DNA of 63,326 bases, filler included, from Octopus bimaculoides (GCF_001194135.2; 4 parts of 4 records of this genome joined end to end with filler, not necessarily neighbours in it); one strand, 5' to 3'; numbered from the whole stretch's first letter, positions 35,027 through 49,359 are shown. Program-made: numbers and translations. The notes: a model not told the origin generated them from the sequence alone.

Positions 35027-35835
35027 ACATTGTAGGGTAGAAAGTTTTAGGGAGTTGCAGATCTAAGGAGCTAAAAGATTCTATTTTGTATGAGTCTACA
35101 TATTGTACAACACTCGCCATAAATATACTCGTGCTTTATTTGACTAAAAACTTCACTTAGAAAAGTATGACACAAAAGATTTATCTTAAATCTTTTGAAT
35201 AAAAATCGATATTTAAGTTGCTGTTATGAAAGCCCAGAACAAATTAAATTAAAATTTCACATTTAATATCCATTATATGTTTTACCTGAGTAAATTGTAA
35301 CCATTACAATCGATGACTTGTGCATGAATGAAGCTTTGGTTTGTAGATACATTGTCAGTCACCTGATAAAAATTGTTTAGGTTTGTCTCACGTGAAGATT
35401 AAAGATATATTGTAGCGTTTAAAATTAAATTTAAGAAAGTTTCAGTGCACTTTGAACGTGCTTTCCGCTCTAGTTGCTTTCATTGTTTCTTCTAGTGTAT
35501 TTTTGTTTGATCTTGTCGTACTAGTTGTTCTTGGTGTTGTTGCTGTAAAACAAAAGCTTATCATTATTAATAAAGATAAAAATATTGTTGTAATTATTGT
35601 TATCGATTCTGTTGCTTTTGTTTTGTATCAATAATAACAGTAATTGTAGCATTAGCAATAACAGTTGTTGTTGTTATCGTCGAGATTTTTGTAGTTTTTG
35701 TTATTGCTGTTGTTGTTGTTGCTGTTGTTGGTGTTAATGTTAACGAAAAGATAATGAAGAAAACATTTTTTTACTGTTGTAATTGTTTCATATTAGAAGA
35801 TGCAGCAGTACAGTAGTAGCTGTTGCGATTGTTGA

Positions 35836-35877
<42 letters not shown>

Positions 35878-37444
35878 GCTGATGTTGCTGCTGCTGCTAC
35901 TACTACTACTTCGTCATCATATCATACAGTTTCCTTACGCCAGGTCCACGCACTGTAAATAATTGCTGTTGATCTTTTGCTGTTTGTTCGTTTAATATCG
36001 TTTGATAAAAGGCTCCTTTCATGACTGGAGGAATGTTGATTCAACTTATTCCCATACCAGAGGGGTGGGGGTGATGGTGGTGATAGTGAGGACGGTGGCG
36101 GTGGCAGTTATAGTGAATATGTATGTGTGTTTGTGTGTGAGGCTCGTTTGGTTGTGTCGACAATCAAACAATGGCGTCGTTCTATTTCCGGTGAAACGGT
36201 GTTGAAATGTCTGCTGAATTAAAACACCATGTTTGTTTGACTAAATCTCTAACAAGGCTGTTAACAACAACACTTAATAATGCTTAATATCTCACCTCTA
36301 CTTCTGTGAACTGTCACGTGATTGATATCAAAGGCAAGACAGACAACCAATATTACAACATGATAATAATAATAATAATATTAACAACAAAACAGCAGCG
36401 GCTAAGAAGACGCAATAAACAACAAATAAATTAGTCAGATAAACACAAACATTTTTCTTTTGACCTGGTAAAACCGTCAAAGGAGTTTAACGAACGAAGG
36501 ATTGATATGAAATATCAGAGTAAACAAATGAGACGCTAACACACGCATACATACATACTCGGAAACGCATACTCCTACTTCTAGATACATACACATATTC
36601 ACACACACTATTGCCAATATCTACTGCACCTTAGTATTATCATAGAAATAGAATAGAATTATTATAGAAATACCGCCATGTTGTCATGAGTACACGTAAA
36701 CATATACACTCAGAAATAATTAAATTTAAACGAGCAAATCGCTCACAAATGTGCGTACGTGCGTGCGTGCGCGCACGCGTCTGTGTGTACCTACTACATG
36801 CACATATATACTCATATCTAAGCTATTGTTTATATATATATATATCAACGGATACATGAATGCGCACACGCATTTAGCTGCATAAATGAATTTAATTTAA
36901 AAATGAGTTTACACACAGTACGTTCATAAATTCGTACATACATATATGTACATACATAATGAATACAGACAGACACACACACGTGTGTGTGTGAGTGTGT
37001 GTATACATACTTAATGTATACAGACACACATACACAAGCATACATATGCATGGACACGAAATGTATGCATTTATAACATAAACGTACGTTTATGATATAT
37101 GTTTGTATGTATGCGTATTTACAGATCGTCACGTATGCATACATACATACACATATATACGTATATTTTCATACACACACACACACATACACACTCATTT
37201 ATATCGTACATCTGTCAAATGATCAAAGCAGGCCGAGTTTTAAAAATATCGGCTCTCCGACGGCAGCGTTGTGTCAGTTGGTGTCCAGTATTTGGCAGAG
37301 GACCAAACAAAGTGTCATTTCACTCTTGCTGACCCAGTCCATTTCCTTTGATACGAGGAATACATACTGAGGGAGGAACATAACCCATCATTTCAACTAT
37401 GTCTACGGAAATACTGCATAAAACTTTGCGATTTGCTAAATATT

Positions 37445-37657
37445 CTTTTCTACTCTAGGTACAAGGCCCGAAATTTTTGGGGAGGGGCCAGTCGATTAGA
37501 TTGACTCCAGTACGCAACGGGTACTTCATTTATCGTCCTCAAACGGTTGAAAGGCAAAGTCGACTTCGGCGGAATTTGAACTTAGAACATAAAGACAGAC
37601 GATATACCGTTAAGCATTTCGCCCGGCGTGCTAACGTTTCTGCCAGCTCGCCGCCTT
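37445..37657 (-). mobile_element. Young SINE-A copy with 15-bp TSD
   Basis: GATTTGCTA(A/G)ATATT at ~37430-37444 and ~37660-37674. Confidence 0.9.
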
Positions 37658-37703
37658 TCGATTTGCTAGATATTACCAAAACACTCTGCACAGAAGTGTC
37701 ATG

Positions 37704-38060
37704 TACGAGGGTGAGCTGAAAAGTTAATAGGCTGACGATGAAGAAATGATATTAGAGCTGTGAAATATTGCATTCATCAATTTAAACTCTCCTTATTAAT
37801 AATAACAATGTTTCTTTCCAGGTAAACTGACATCTGAATGTTAAAAGTAGACGTCAAAGGTAAATAGTTGTGACTTCTCTTGAAAATCGACAAAATTTGC
37901 CATTGTAGTGTTATCAAATGCTTGCAGAAAAATGGTTTAGCCCCAATGATATTCATGATGATTTGGTTGCTATGCTTTATCAACGATGCAAAAGTGGGCA
38001 GAGGACAGAACGAAGGAAATGTCTTGAGTGTTACGTATTGTGTGTGCAATATAGATTTCT
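37704..38060 (+). mobile_element. Mariner element 5' end (TIR plus transposase N-terminus)
   Basis: TA-CGAGGGTGAGCTGAAAAGTT TIR-like start; DKICHCSVIKCLQKNGLAP and, after a frameshift, DIHDDLVAML resemble the mariner N-terminus. Confidence 0.75.
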
Positions 38061-38387
38061 GACCAACACAAAACCTCAAATCTGGTGGATCGGTATAACC
38101 GATTAGATCGACTTTGATACTTTACTGGTGTTTATTTTATCGACCATAGAAAGGTGTCGACATGATCGACCTAGGAAGCGTCTGAACTCGTGGCGTAAAG
38201 GTGTGTAGCTAAATATCATAAGGCATTTCCTCCGTCACTCTACAGATACTGCTAATCCATCGCCATTAGAGGCTGTACAATATAAGAATGTACTGAAGGT
38301 TGAGTGTGACTGATCAGGAAGAACGATGAGCTTAAAAGGTATGAACCAATATGTGAAGAAGAGACGATTGCTTTGGTATGGATATAT

Positions 38388-38673
38388 CGCTAAGCATTTT
38401 GCTTGACGCGCTAACGATTCTGCCGGATGGTCTCATTCTGTCACTAATAATTCTTCCTACTATAGGCACAAGGCCTGAAATTTTAGGGGAGTGGACAGTT
38501 AATGACATTAACCTCAGTACTCAACTAGTAGTATTTTATCATCAACCCCGTAAGGATGAAAAGCAATGTCAACCTCGGCGGAATTTGAACTTAGAAGGTA
38601 AAGTCGAAAGAAATATCGCAAAGCGTTGTCTGCTGTGCTAACGACTCTGTCAGCTTATTCTGTCACTAATAAT
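38388..38673 (-). mobile_element. SINE-A with perfect 17-bp TSD, directly next to the head of an older SINE-A fragment
   Basis: ATTCTGTCACTAATAAT at 38435-38451 and 38657-38673; older head remnant at 38388-38434. Confidence 0.85.
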
Positions 38674-38812
38674 AAAATCACAATGCATACTATTCTTCTT
38701 TTGGGGTTGAGATACAACTGATTTCATCAATCCAGTGTTCGACTGGTATATCATCTCCTTGACCCAGAATGTATAACACATAGTGTGTATGTGTGTATAT
38801 GTGTATGTTTGC

Positions 38813-38866
<54 letters not shown>

Positions 38867-40525
38867 NNNNNNNNNNAGAGAGAGAAAGAGAGGTAGTAGT
38901 GTGGGATATGAAGGAAATCATATAAATATATGCAGGAATGTACAGGAAAAAAACATCTTGAGATTTCAATAAATCCTTTTGATTTTCATGAAAGTTCTGC
39001 TTGTTTGTTCCCATTTCTTATGCATATTTAAACATAGACACATAAACATACACACAAACAGTACGTACACACAGACAAACCCACACAAAAACACACGAAT
39101 ATACATATATTCACGTAAACAAGCATACTTGTTGATACAGTGTCATAAGATAGGCATTTTCTCAATTTTTAATCATATCTCCACCTTCTTTCTACAGAAA
39201 CGTTGACAATTGAGAGAGTCGCAACGCAGTCACTAGCATACTAGAAATAGTAACCAGATTTATCTCAAATCACATCTTTCTGCCATCAATAAAGAAGTGT
39301 GCATTTAACAACAGTATCACTGATATAACACAAGACGGAATGAAGCACCTATGATCCTATATTTCCTCAATCATTACTGAGTCGGGGTTAAACAGCAGCA
39401 ACAACATCAACAACAACAATACAGACACAGACTCTTTTTTCTCTCTCTCAATCTCGTCCCCCCTCCCCACCGCATACATTATTTCAACAATTTGGCCATT
39501 AAGGCCTTACAAAGAGGGGACGAACAAAGACAGACAAACATAAAGTAGCTGCGGGCTGGACGCAGACATTAATGGGATGAAGGTGATAACAGCAAAGATG
39601 AAATAATAACGGGAGGGGTACCAGCACCCGCCGACCTATAGCCCCTCGAAAACATTGTTCATTTGAATACAATACAAAATCAATCAAAAAGTTCAATCTT
39701 CCTAGCCCGGCCAACCAAGCAGGACTCCTGCTGCATGCATGAAAACCCGTGTTGGCTGGGCCGGCACAACGGAGACCGCATACATGTACGCATGTACATA
39801 AACACATACATATTAATTATAAATTAACATCATGTTTTAAGAATATCGCTAAATCAATTCCAACATGGAAGAAGAACAATAGTTAACAGATAAGTTGTTA
39901 TGACGAGTATAGACGAGAACCTCTCGTTAAACCCTACCCTGATTGCAGCCAAATAACTAAAAGAATAAAAGTATTGCAACGTTAAATGATTTAATAAAAT
40001 ATAATTGCTTTATATAATTTTATGAGGTTTTCTATATTTTATGTAGTTCATGTACTGTGTTTTATACTTTTAATATTGTATATGCATATAATTTTAATCT
40101 CTACCGCCAGTTAACTCGAACAGTCTGTTAAAACAGATACTCTTTCCCTATAAATACGTTTTAACGCGGATAAACTTATTTCTCCCCACCTCCCTCTCTG
40201 TTTCTTTTTATACACACACACACACACACTTGTTTATCTTTATTTCAGCTTTCCCATGTTATTAAAAATGTTCCGAAGATTTCTTTATCTTTTATTAGTG
40301 ATTCTGTTTTATGACTACGCCCTCGTTTGAGATGAATCGTTTAACCAGAGAGAACGCACATGAAGCTGCAAGATTGCCCTAGTCCTAAAAATCGTTATTG
40401 AGATTTCCCCCTTTTTTCTTCTGAATTTTATTTATCTTCAGCAAATTGATTTCAATGAGGAGGGAAAAGAGGAGCAATCCAGTGGATTGAAAATGTGTAA
40501 CCAGGTGCGAACCACGGTCATCGAC

Positions 40526-40581
<56 letters not shown>

Positions 40582-40799
40582 GGGACTTTATTTTCCACCT
40601 GGCACAAGGTGGAAACATAGATATTCATTTCAAATGAGGCTCTTTCCTGCTTACTTTCAAATATTACAGTCATAGACAATCTTTTCTCTTCAGCGTAAGT
40701 TTGAATGTTGAATGAAAATATTATCTTCCTGATAGTGTTACAAAACGTTTCTTAGCTTGTTCTACTACATATAATACACACAAGGTTATATCAAATGGC

Positions 40800-41195
40800 T
40801 TCCGGATCAAACCTACTATTTGTACACCAGTACTTCAGTAAGCATTGAATTTAATATGTTGTTTATATTAACACATCATTCCTTTCGAAATAGTCTCCTT
40901 GGAGACGTAGAGAATGATTGATCGAATGCGTCTCCCACACCTCAAAAGCACCACGGAAATCCTTGTTCGGAAGACCCGTTTCCTGCTGCGATTCCATACG
41001 AAATTCATCTGCTGCCTCGAAGCGATGTCTCTTTAAATTTCAATAGACCATTTGGACTTATGCCCACAAGGAATAGATAGATCTGCTTGACTTAACGTCT
41101 TGTGTTTTAACATTGAGCAAAAAGTGGTGGATCTATTAAATAACCACCGAACAGGAGAGCATGGAATGCCGGCCATTTTTGTTCATTGCCAAATG
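40800..41195 (-). mobile_element. Mariner transposase C-terminal relic
   Basis: Minus translation NLKRHRFEAADEFRMESQQETGLPNKDFRGAFEVWETHSINHSLRLQGDYFE matches the mariner LKG.RF...GDYFE C-terminus. Confidence 0.75.
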
Positions 41196-41202
41196 GATCC
41201 CC

Positions 41203-41525
41203 TTCAGTCATGAATGACCGAAGGGATTGCATCTAGAAAGTACCCCTCCGAGGTACAAGTCTAAGCAAAGTTGTCTATGGAAATCAGCAGTGACCTATGC
41301 ATACCAGCCTCCCCTTTCCACGCCACCGATGTTAACCATAGAAAAGACAAAGGCTGATACAACTTGGTACCAGTGACGTCGCAACTCATTTCAACTGCTG
41401 GGTGAACTGGAGCAACGTAAAATGAAGTGTCTTGCTCAAGAACACAACGCACAGCCTTGTCTGAGAATCGAAATCACTACCTCATGATTGTGAGCCCGAC
41501 GCTCAAACCACTGAGCCATGCGACT
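41203..41525 (-). mobile_element. Full-length SINE-D
   Basis: Reverse complement of 3013-3337. Confidence 0.85.
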
Positions 41526-41799
41526 TCACTCATGGTCAAAACAGCTAAGAATATTCTAGTGAATATCTTGGCAGACCTCATTACTAATACCAACTATGTG
41601 AGCGACCTGATGGATTGCTCATCAATGGTGCTAATGAAAGAGACCGTGACTTTTTCACTATTTATCTAATGATTGTCGTCTAGACGTTAATAATGTAGAA
41701 CTGATTCTCAGTTTGACGTGAAACACGCATGACACTCAAAAATCTAGTGTATAACTGAAAGAACGTTTTTCGAAAAATGAACAATACATTTACAAGGAT

Positions 41800-42050
41800 C
41801 TCACAAGGGTCTAAAAAACTAGACAAAGCATTTTAAGAGACTCACAAGGGTCTCAAAACTGGACAATGCATTTTTAAGAGTCTCACAAGAGTCTCAAAAA
41901 CTGGACAATGCATTTCTGAGAGTCTCACAAGGGTCTCAAAAACTGGACAATGCATTTTTAAGAGACTCACAAGGGTCTCAAAAACTAGACAATGCATTTT
42001 TAAGAGTTTCACAAGGGTCTCAAAACCTGGACAATGCATTTTTAAGGGTT
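41800..42050. repeat. ~42-bp minisatellite, 6 copies
   Basis: Unit approximately CTCACAAGGGTCTCAAAAACTGGACAATGCATTTTTAAGAGA. Confidence 0.95.
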
Positions 42051-43568
42051 TAAGCAAACTTGATAGAAGCCTTTTGTCTGAATTGGTCAGTATCGTAAAA
42101 ATACTGTAGCCGTTCTAATAGTGTGACAAAACTTTGCATATTAGATTCTACCAGCTACAGGTACAAGGATTGTACTTTTGGTGGAGGATGCTAATAGATT
42201 AAATTGACCACGGTGCCCGACCGGTAATTATTCTATCGATTCCAAAGAATGAAAGGAAGTCTGTGAGCTCATAACGAGCTTGCATATTAATTTAACATAT
42301 TTAGCTACTGCGAAGTCCACTTGTACATTGGATCAATTGGTTGACGCCCAAAGATCCTCAACTGCACACACACACACATGCACATGAACAAATACACACA
42401 CACATAGTGCGAAGATGAAGATTATTAATCAACTCACAACTCCGAGGAACTGTTTTATTGTAAGTGTTGTAAGTGTTACTGCAAGTGTTATTGCAAGTGT
42501 TCATGAATATGATCACCAATGCCTACATTGTTCGATGTATACTTCTTTATTGAAGACGGTAGGGTGTGAACTGGAAGGAGATTTCGCTGCTATTTCAGCA
42601 TGTCATGCAACCGGCGAGACCCACTCTGTGATTCTATATGAGTCAGTAGTAGGTAAAACGATGACTGAAAATGAAGGAATGTCTACGTATGTGACTATTT
42701 AAATGAAGACAGATGAGAGAGACTATATCTGAAAGCGAGTCTGTGTGCGTATGTGTATGCCTATGGCTGTTTGTGTGAATATGCCTATAGGTATGGGTAT
42801 GTATACCAGTATATGCATGATTATGCGTGTGTATGTGTACGCGTACACAGTTTGTATGAGATGGGAATATCAAAATTTTCATGAAAATCAAAAGCATTTG
42901 ATGAAATTAAATATTTTTCCTGTACATTCCTGCATATCATTCATATCCCACCCTACTTCGCTCTCTCTCTCGCTTTCTCTCTCTCCCTCTTTCTATTTCA
43001 TATCCCCCCCTCTCTCTTTCGCTGCCATTCAATCTTTGCCTGTCACATACATGCTTTGATACACATGTACACACATACATAGAAACACCCTCTCTCACAT
43101 TTGCTCTTTTGCTCTCTCTTGCTCTCACTTTTTTTTCTCCAGCTTTCTCTCCATGTCTCTTTCACTCTCTCCCTCTCTCTCTCTCTCTCCCTCTCTCTCC
43201 CTCTCTCTCCCCCTCTCTCTACCCAAATACGTACATTTTTCTTTCGCCATTGTCATCATTCGCTCTTCCTCCCATCTTGTCTTCTTCAGTTTCTCCTTCA
43301 CATATGCACACATTTTACATAGACACACACAGACACGCACATAAACACACACACACTCACACATATACGCATATATATATGCTCATATAGACATACATAC
43401 ATACATACATGCATACATACACACACATCGTTCCCCTCTCTCTCTTACAGTTATACATACACGCACACAAACTCACACAGCCCCAACATTTACATAACCA
43501 TATACCGTTATACATTTCACGCACCTATATCTCTGTCTTTATTTCTTAGAATTACACAGAAACATATT

Positions 43569-43599
<31 letters not shown>

Positions 43600-43615
43600 G
43601 CACACACACGCACAC

Positions 43616-43647
<32 letters not shown>

Positions 43648-44509
43648 NNNNNNNNNNNNNNNNNNNNNNNNNNNNNNNNNNNNNNNNNNNNNNNNNNNNN
43701 NNNNNNNNNNNNNNNNNNNNNNNNNNNNNNNNNNNNNNNNNNNNNNNNNNNNNNNNNNNNNNNNNNNNNNNNNNNNNNNNNNNNNNNNNNNNNNNNNNNN
43801 NNNNNNNNNNNNNNNNNNNNNNNNNNNNNNNNNNNNNNNNNNNNNNNNNNNNNNNNNNNNNNNNNNNNNNNNNNNNNNNNNNNNNNNNNNNNNNNNNNNN
43901 NNNNNNNNNNNNNNNNNNNNNNNNNNNNNNNNNNNNNNNNNNNNNNNNNNNNNNNNNNNNNNNNNNNNNNNNNNNNNNNNNNNNNNNNNNNNNNNNNNNN
44001 NNNNNNNNNNNNNNNNNNNNNNNNNNNNNNNNNNNNNNNNNNNNNNNNNNNNNNNNNNNNNNNNNNNNNNNNNNNNNNNNNNNNNNNNNNNNNNNNNNNN
44101 NNNNNNNNNNNNNNNNNNNNNNNNNNNNNNNNNNNNNNNNNNNNNNNNNNNNNNNNNNNNNNNNNNNNNNNNNNNNNNNNNNNNNNNNNNNNNNNNNNNN
44201 NNNNNNNNNNNNNNNNNNNNNNNNNNNNNNNNNNNNNNNNNNNNNNNNNNNNNNNNNNNNNNNNNNNNNNNNNNNNNNNNNNNNNNNNNNNNNNNNNNNN
44301 NNNNNNNNNNNNNNNNNNNNNNNNNNNNNNNNNNNNNNNNNNNNNNNNNNNNNNNNNNNNNNNNNNNNNNNNNNNNNNNNNNNNNNNNNNNNNNNNNNNN
44401 NNNNNNNNNNNNNNNNNNNNNNNNNNNNNNNNNNNNNNNNNNNNNNNNNNNNNNNNNNNNNNNNNNNNNNNNNNNNNNNNNNNNNNNNNNNNNNNNNNNN
44501 NNNATAAAG

Positions 44510-44696
44510 TTATAAATTAGGGTATCTAAGAGATACCACTACGCTGGAAATAGCAGCAAAAAATGGCTCTAAAACCACATTAAATATCTCTTTGTCTTCT
44601 CTCATGGTGCTGTATGAACATTTAATGTCGTTTTAGAGTCAAGTCTTGGTTTCTATTTCCAGCGTGGTGGTATCTCTTAGATACCCTAAATTATAA
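44510..44696. mobile_element. ~190-bp foldback element (MITE-like)
   Basis: TTATAAATTAGGGTATCTAAGAGATACCACTACGCTGGAAATAG pairs with CTATTTCCAGCGTGGTGGTATCTCTTAGATACCCTAAATTATAA with 2 differences; weaker pairing continues inward (CTCTAAAAC.ACATT). Confidence 0.8.
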
Positions 44697-45397
44697 TTTT
44701 GAATAATAATTATTACCTTTGAGGTTTTTATTCCCATGCTGACCACCTGATAAGATCGGTATTTTAAATAACGATCTTATCCTTATATATATATATATAT
44801 ATATATATACATACAGGTTTATTAAGTATATGATTTAACTTATTAAACAAAGTTCAACAAATTCAATCATATTTTACGTAGATGAAGGAGATTAGATGTT
44901 AATATGGATGATAATTCATTTTATTCATGTTGCTATACGATCGTTTCATACAGAAAGACAGTAAATTTATTTTAAGAATCTGAGTTGTCCAAAAGTACTC
45001 TCGTCAGTAGCCGAAAATAAGAAAAATAGCTAAAGAGACGTTAGGATTACATAGGTATGGTGTTCTTACTCATTTTGGCTGCTAACACTTTTTTCTGCAA
45101 AATTGGGGTAACTTATCCTGTTCAGGCTATATTATTAGCATTATCCTGCATTTGAGAATTTAAAATCACTTTAACTTTCTAAGGCATCTCAACGCTTCTA
45201 AAGCGTTTGTTTGTTTACTTTCATCGTAATTTGAATTTAACATGTATGTGTATACAATATATATGAATATGTATATATATATGTATACATACATACATAC
45301 ATATATATATATGTNNNNNNNNNNTTATATATCCAGTGAGAAAAGTCTTGTAGATTTCATGATTTAAAGCTTTTCTCTCCCGCTTCCTCTCTCTCCC

Positions 45398-45438
<41 letters not shown>

Positions 45439-45639
45439 TTCTTTATCCTTTTTTTTCTTTAATTCTATTCTCTAGATCTCATTCTGTGGATGTCCTTTAA
45501 AAACTATTATCTTTCTAATACGTTGTCCGAGGAAAGTTAGAATACACACCTTGCGTTGTATCAGAGTAGGTGGTTCGAGTCCTTTTCTGTATCTATTGGA
45601 ATTTATATATGCTTTATATTTAATATCATTTTATGCCAA

Positions 45640-45812
45640 CCACCACCTCTTGACAACTGGTAACTTCCCTGTAACTTAGCTGTTCGTCAAATGAGATCGA
45701 TAGAATAACTACCAGGTTTTAACAAAATAACTACTGGGGTCGATTTTTCGACTAAATCCTTTAAGTTTTAGTCGAACAAAAGGCCGCAGTCCAATGAGTG
45801 AAAGGAGTAAAA
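45640..45812 (+). mobile_element. SINE-B 3' fragment
   Basis: CTTGACAAC..GTAACTTAG..GATAGAATAA..CTGGGGTCGATTT.TCGACTAAA. Confidence 0.7.
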
Positions 45813-45825
45813 GGTAATATATACA

Positions 45826-45928
<103 letters not shown>

Positions 45929-48479
45929 GACAGACATAAAGAGAGAGACAGAGAGACAGAGAGACAGATATTTTTAAAATCCATACCCAGAATATCCTCT
46001 ATAAAATTAGCATTACAAAGAAGACAACTATCATAAAGGAAACGTCTGTCCATAACATATATACGAACAATGTAGCAGACGCTATAAAACAATAAAAACA
46101 ATAGTCTGCAGAACAATATAGAAACACAGTCAAACCGATAAGTATAATATGCATTGTACCCCAAACTATACATAAAGTGTATCACTTGAGCGAAGTTCTC
46201 TCCAGCTATACCAAAATCTCATAAAATATATACAATGTGCTTTATTACACTAAGTCATAAACTAGCATCGATAATATATAACAAAAGCAAAAGAATTTAA
46301 ATTTCCCCCATAAACAGCAAACTACTAGCCTAAAAACCACTGGACAAATTTCAGATAAATCAATGGTTTTTAAAAAATTTATATGCAGATATGTTTTTTT
46401 TTTTTACGACTGTAATTGTTATGGAAGGCAGAGATACTCCAGTTTCTCACTCGTTGACAGCGTTTTTACAAAACGGAGTCATTATAGCGCAGTATATTAC
46501 ATAATTATATGATACAAAACAATAGAAAATATATATGTTGACAGTACAGCTATCGCATTAAGAAATTCTCGTGCAACTAAAATGTTAAGGGAAATATACT
46601 TATAGTTAGACACGACACAACAAAAAACCTAACGCTGATATCGGTGCCTTGCTGCAAAAGAACTGTTTTTGTTTTATTTGATTGACCTCAAGAAAAGCGA
46701 AAAATCCGAAGGGTTTCGAACTCAGAATATGTTAAAATGTAAGTAAATATAAATTCTGCAAAACTGAAGCTGATATATAAACATTTTTTTTTCTTTAATC
46801 TACCTTTAGTGACAAAAGATGAAGTTAAACACGCGAAAAATTATTTGACTTAGTATATTTATCCTTCACTACCCTCTTTTTTCCGGTGATAAGGATTAGC
46901 TTAAGTGAAGTTTGACTACTGTTATTATCCAGAGTTTAAAAAAAGTGTTTCCTTGTGCAACGACAGTGTTGCAACCATGCAGTAATTAATATTGCTGTTC
47001 GGTGATGAACGGATGACAAAACACATTTTAATTGATGGCAGCTTATCCTCAATGAAGCTGTTTTTCAACTAAATCCTATCTATTATTTAGCCGATCGGTA
47101 TAGCTCATGATGGATATAAAATAATTTTGGGATTTAAATGTTTCGTATATTTAGTTTTGTCATTAGTAGATACGAGATAACTGGAGTTATTTTTAACCCC
47201 GGGTTACCATAGATCAATAAATCTCTGACGAAAAACATGGTGTTGGTCTTCCATCTTTTCTGCTATCAGACAATCTCAGATGATATTATCAAAGGTGACT
47301 TTTTTTTAAATGGCAGAATGTAATTGTAGGAAGATATGACCACTATTTCTAGCAGAATGTGTGACCACATAGAAGCTCTTTCATTGGCTCAACATGATAG
47401 TTAGGCTTAATTTGTGCCGAGCGAGAAACTGGGTTGCAGGGATACACGTCAATTTGGATCTGTCCCGCCATGAATAAATAAATAAATAAGCAAATAAATA
47501 AATAAATGATTGGAGCTTCGTTGAAACAGCATTCCTTTGTATTTACTAACAACTCAGACAAGTTTAAACTATCAGAAGATAAGATCTATGAAACACCGGA
47601 TTGCATGCATTCTTACAGAGCACAGAAGGTAAAGAATGCAGATAGTGTGAGAAAACAGGTGTTGAAACATTCAAAGTTCATGTGAACAAAGTATCATGGT
47701 GCTGAACCACGTGAGAAACATTTTTTTAGCTGAAGAATTACACCGTTGAAAAAAAAAAAAAAATCAAAAAAAAAATCAACAGCACCAACAACAACAAAAA
47801 TGTAGACATTTTATTTTTAAACTTATGATGTATTAAACAGGAATCCCATAAGGGAAAATGAAGCTAAATCTATTTTGAATTTATCTAGCAAAGAAGAAAA
47901 ATAATAATAAAAATATTTTGAATTAGCACAAAACAAAACCTTGAACCGTCTTTCTGTCTTATTTAAAAAAAAAAAGTACTTAAGGTCATAGTAAAGTTTC
48001 TAGAACTTTTACGACAAAGCAGAACGTTTAAATTCTTCTGGTAATAGTAACAGAATTTAATTGGCTTCTCAAAGATAACAACTGCAAAAGCTCGATCTAG
48101 TTACTTCGACTTTTCATTATAAAAAGTTTCTTTATTCGAAATCTCAAAGGAGACGATTCTTACCTAGTGAAGAGGGGTGGATATCTAAATTTTTGAAATA
48201 ATATCCATGATAATGTGGTGTTAAATGCTATAGTATATATAAAGCGATTTTATACACCCGTTTGTGGCGATTAGACATCTTTTCCGTTTGTCATTTCAAA
48301 TCGACCTAATTTTGGGACGAGATAGGTTGAAACAGTCTACATCGCTTACGTGCAAAGATAATTTTTATTGCCATACTGCTTAAATGCATTTAAAGTAGAA
48401 CTTCGAGAAGATAAGCATGTTATTGTCAGGAATATATCAGCAGTGTATGTAAATACGCTTTATTCGATTATTCGGTAAT

Positions 48480-48672
<193 letters not shown>

Positions 48673-49304
48673 TCCTTTTTACCAAAGGCTCAAGACCTGA
48701 AATTTTTNNNNNNNNNNNNNNNNNNNNNNNNNNNNNNNNNNNNNNNNNNNNNNNNNNNNNNNNNNNNNNNNNNNNNNNNNNNNNNNNNNNNNNNNNNNNN
48801 NNNNNNNNNNNNNNNNNNNNNNNNNNNNNNNNNNNNNNNNNNNNNNNNNNNNNNNNNNNNNNNNNNNNNNNNNNNNNNNNNNNNNNNNNNNNNNNNNNNN
48901 NNNNNNNNNNNNNNNNNNNNNNNNNNNNNNNNNNNNNNNNNNNNNNNNNNNNNNNNNNNNNNNNNNNNNNNNNNNNNNNNNNNNNNNNNNNNNNNNNNNN
49001 NNNNNNNNNNNNNNNNNNNNNNNNNNNNNNNNNNNNNNNNNNNNNNNNNNNNNNNNNNNNNNNNNNNNNNNNNNNNNNNNNNNNNNNNNNNNNNNNNNNN
49101 NNNNNNNNNNNNNNNNNNNNNNNNNNNNNNNNNNNNNNNNNNNNNNNNNNNNNNNNNNNNNNNNNNNNNNNNNNNNNNNNNNNNNNNNNNNNNNNNNNNN
49201 NNNNNNNNNNNNNNNNNNNNNNNNNNNNNNNNNNNNNNNNNNNNNNNNNNNNNNNNNNNNNNNNNNNNNNNNNNNNNNNNNNNNNNNNNNNNNNNNNNNN
49301 NNNN

Positions 49305-49357
<53 letters not shown>

Positions 49358-49359
<2 letters not shown>

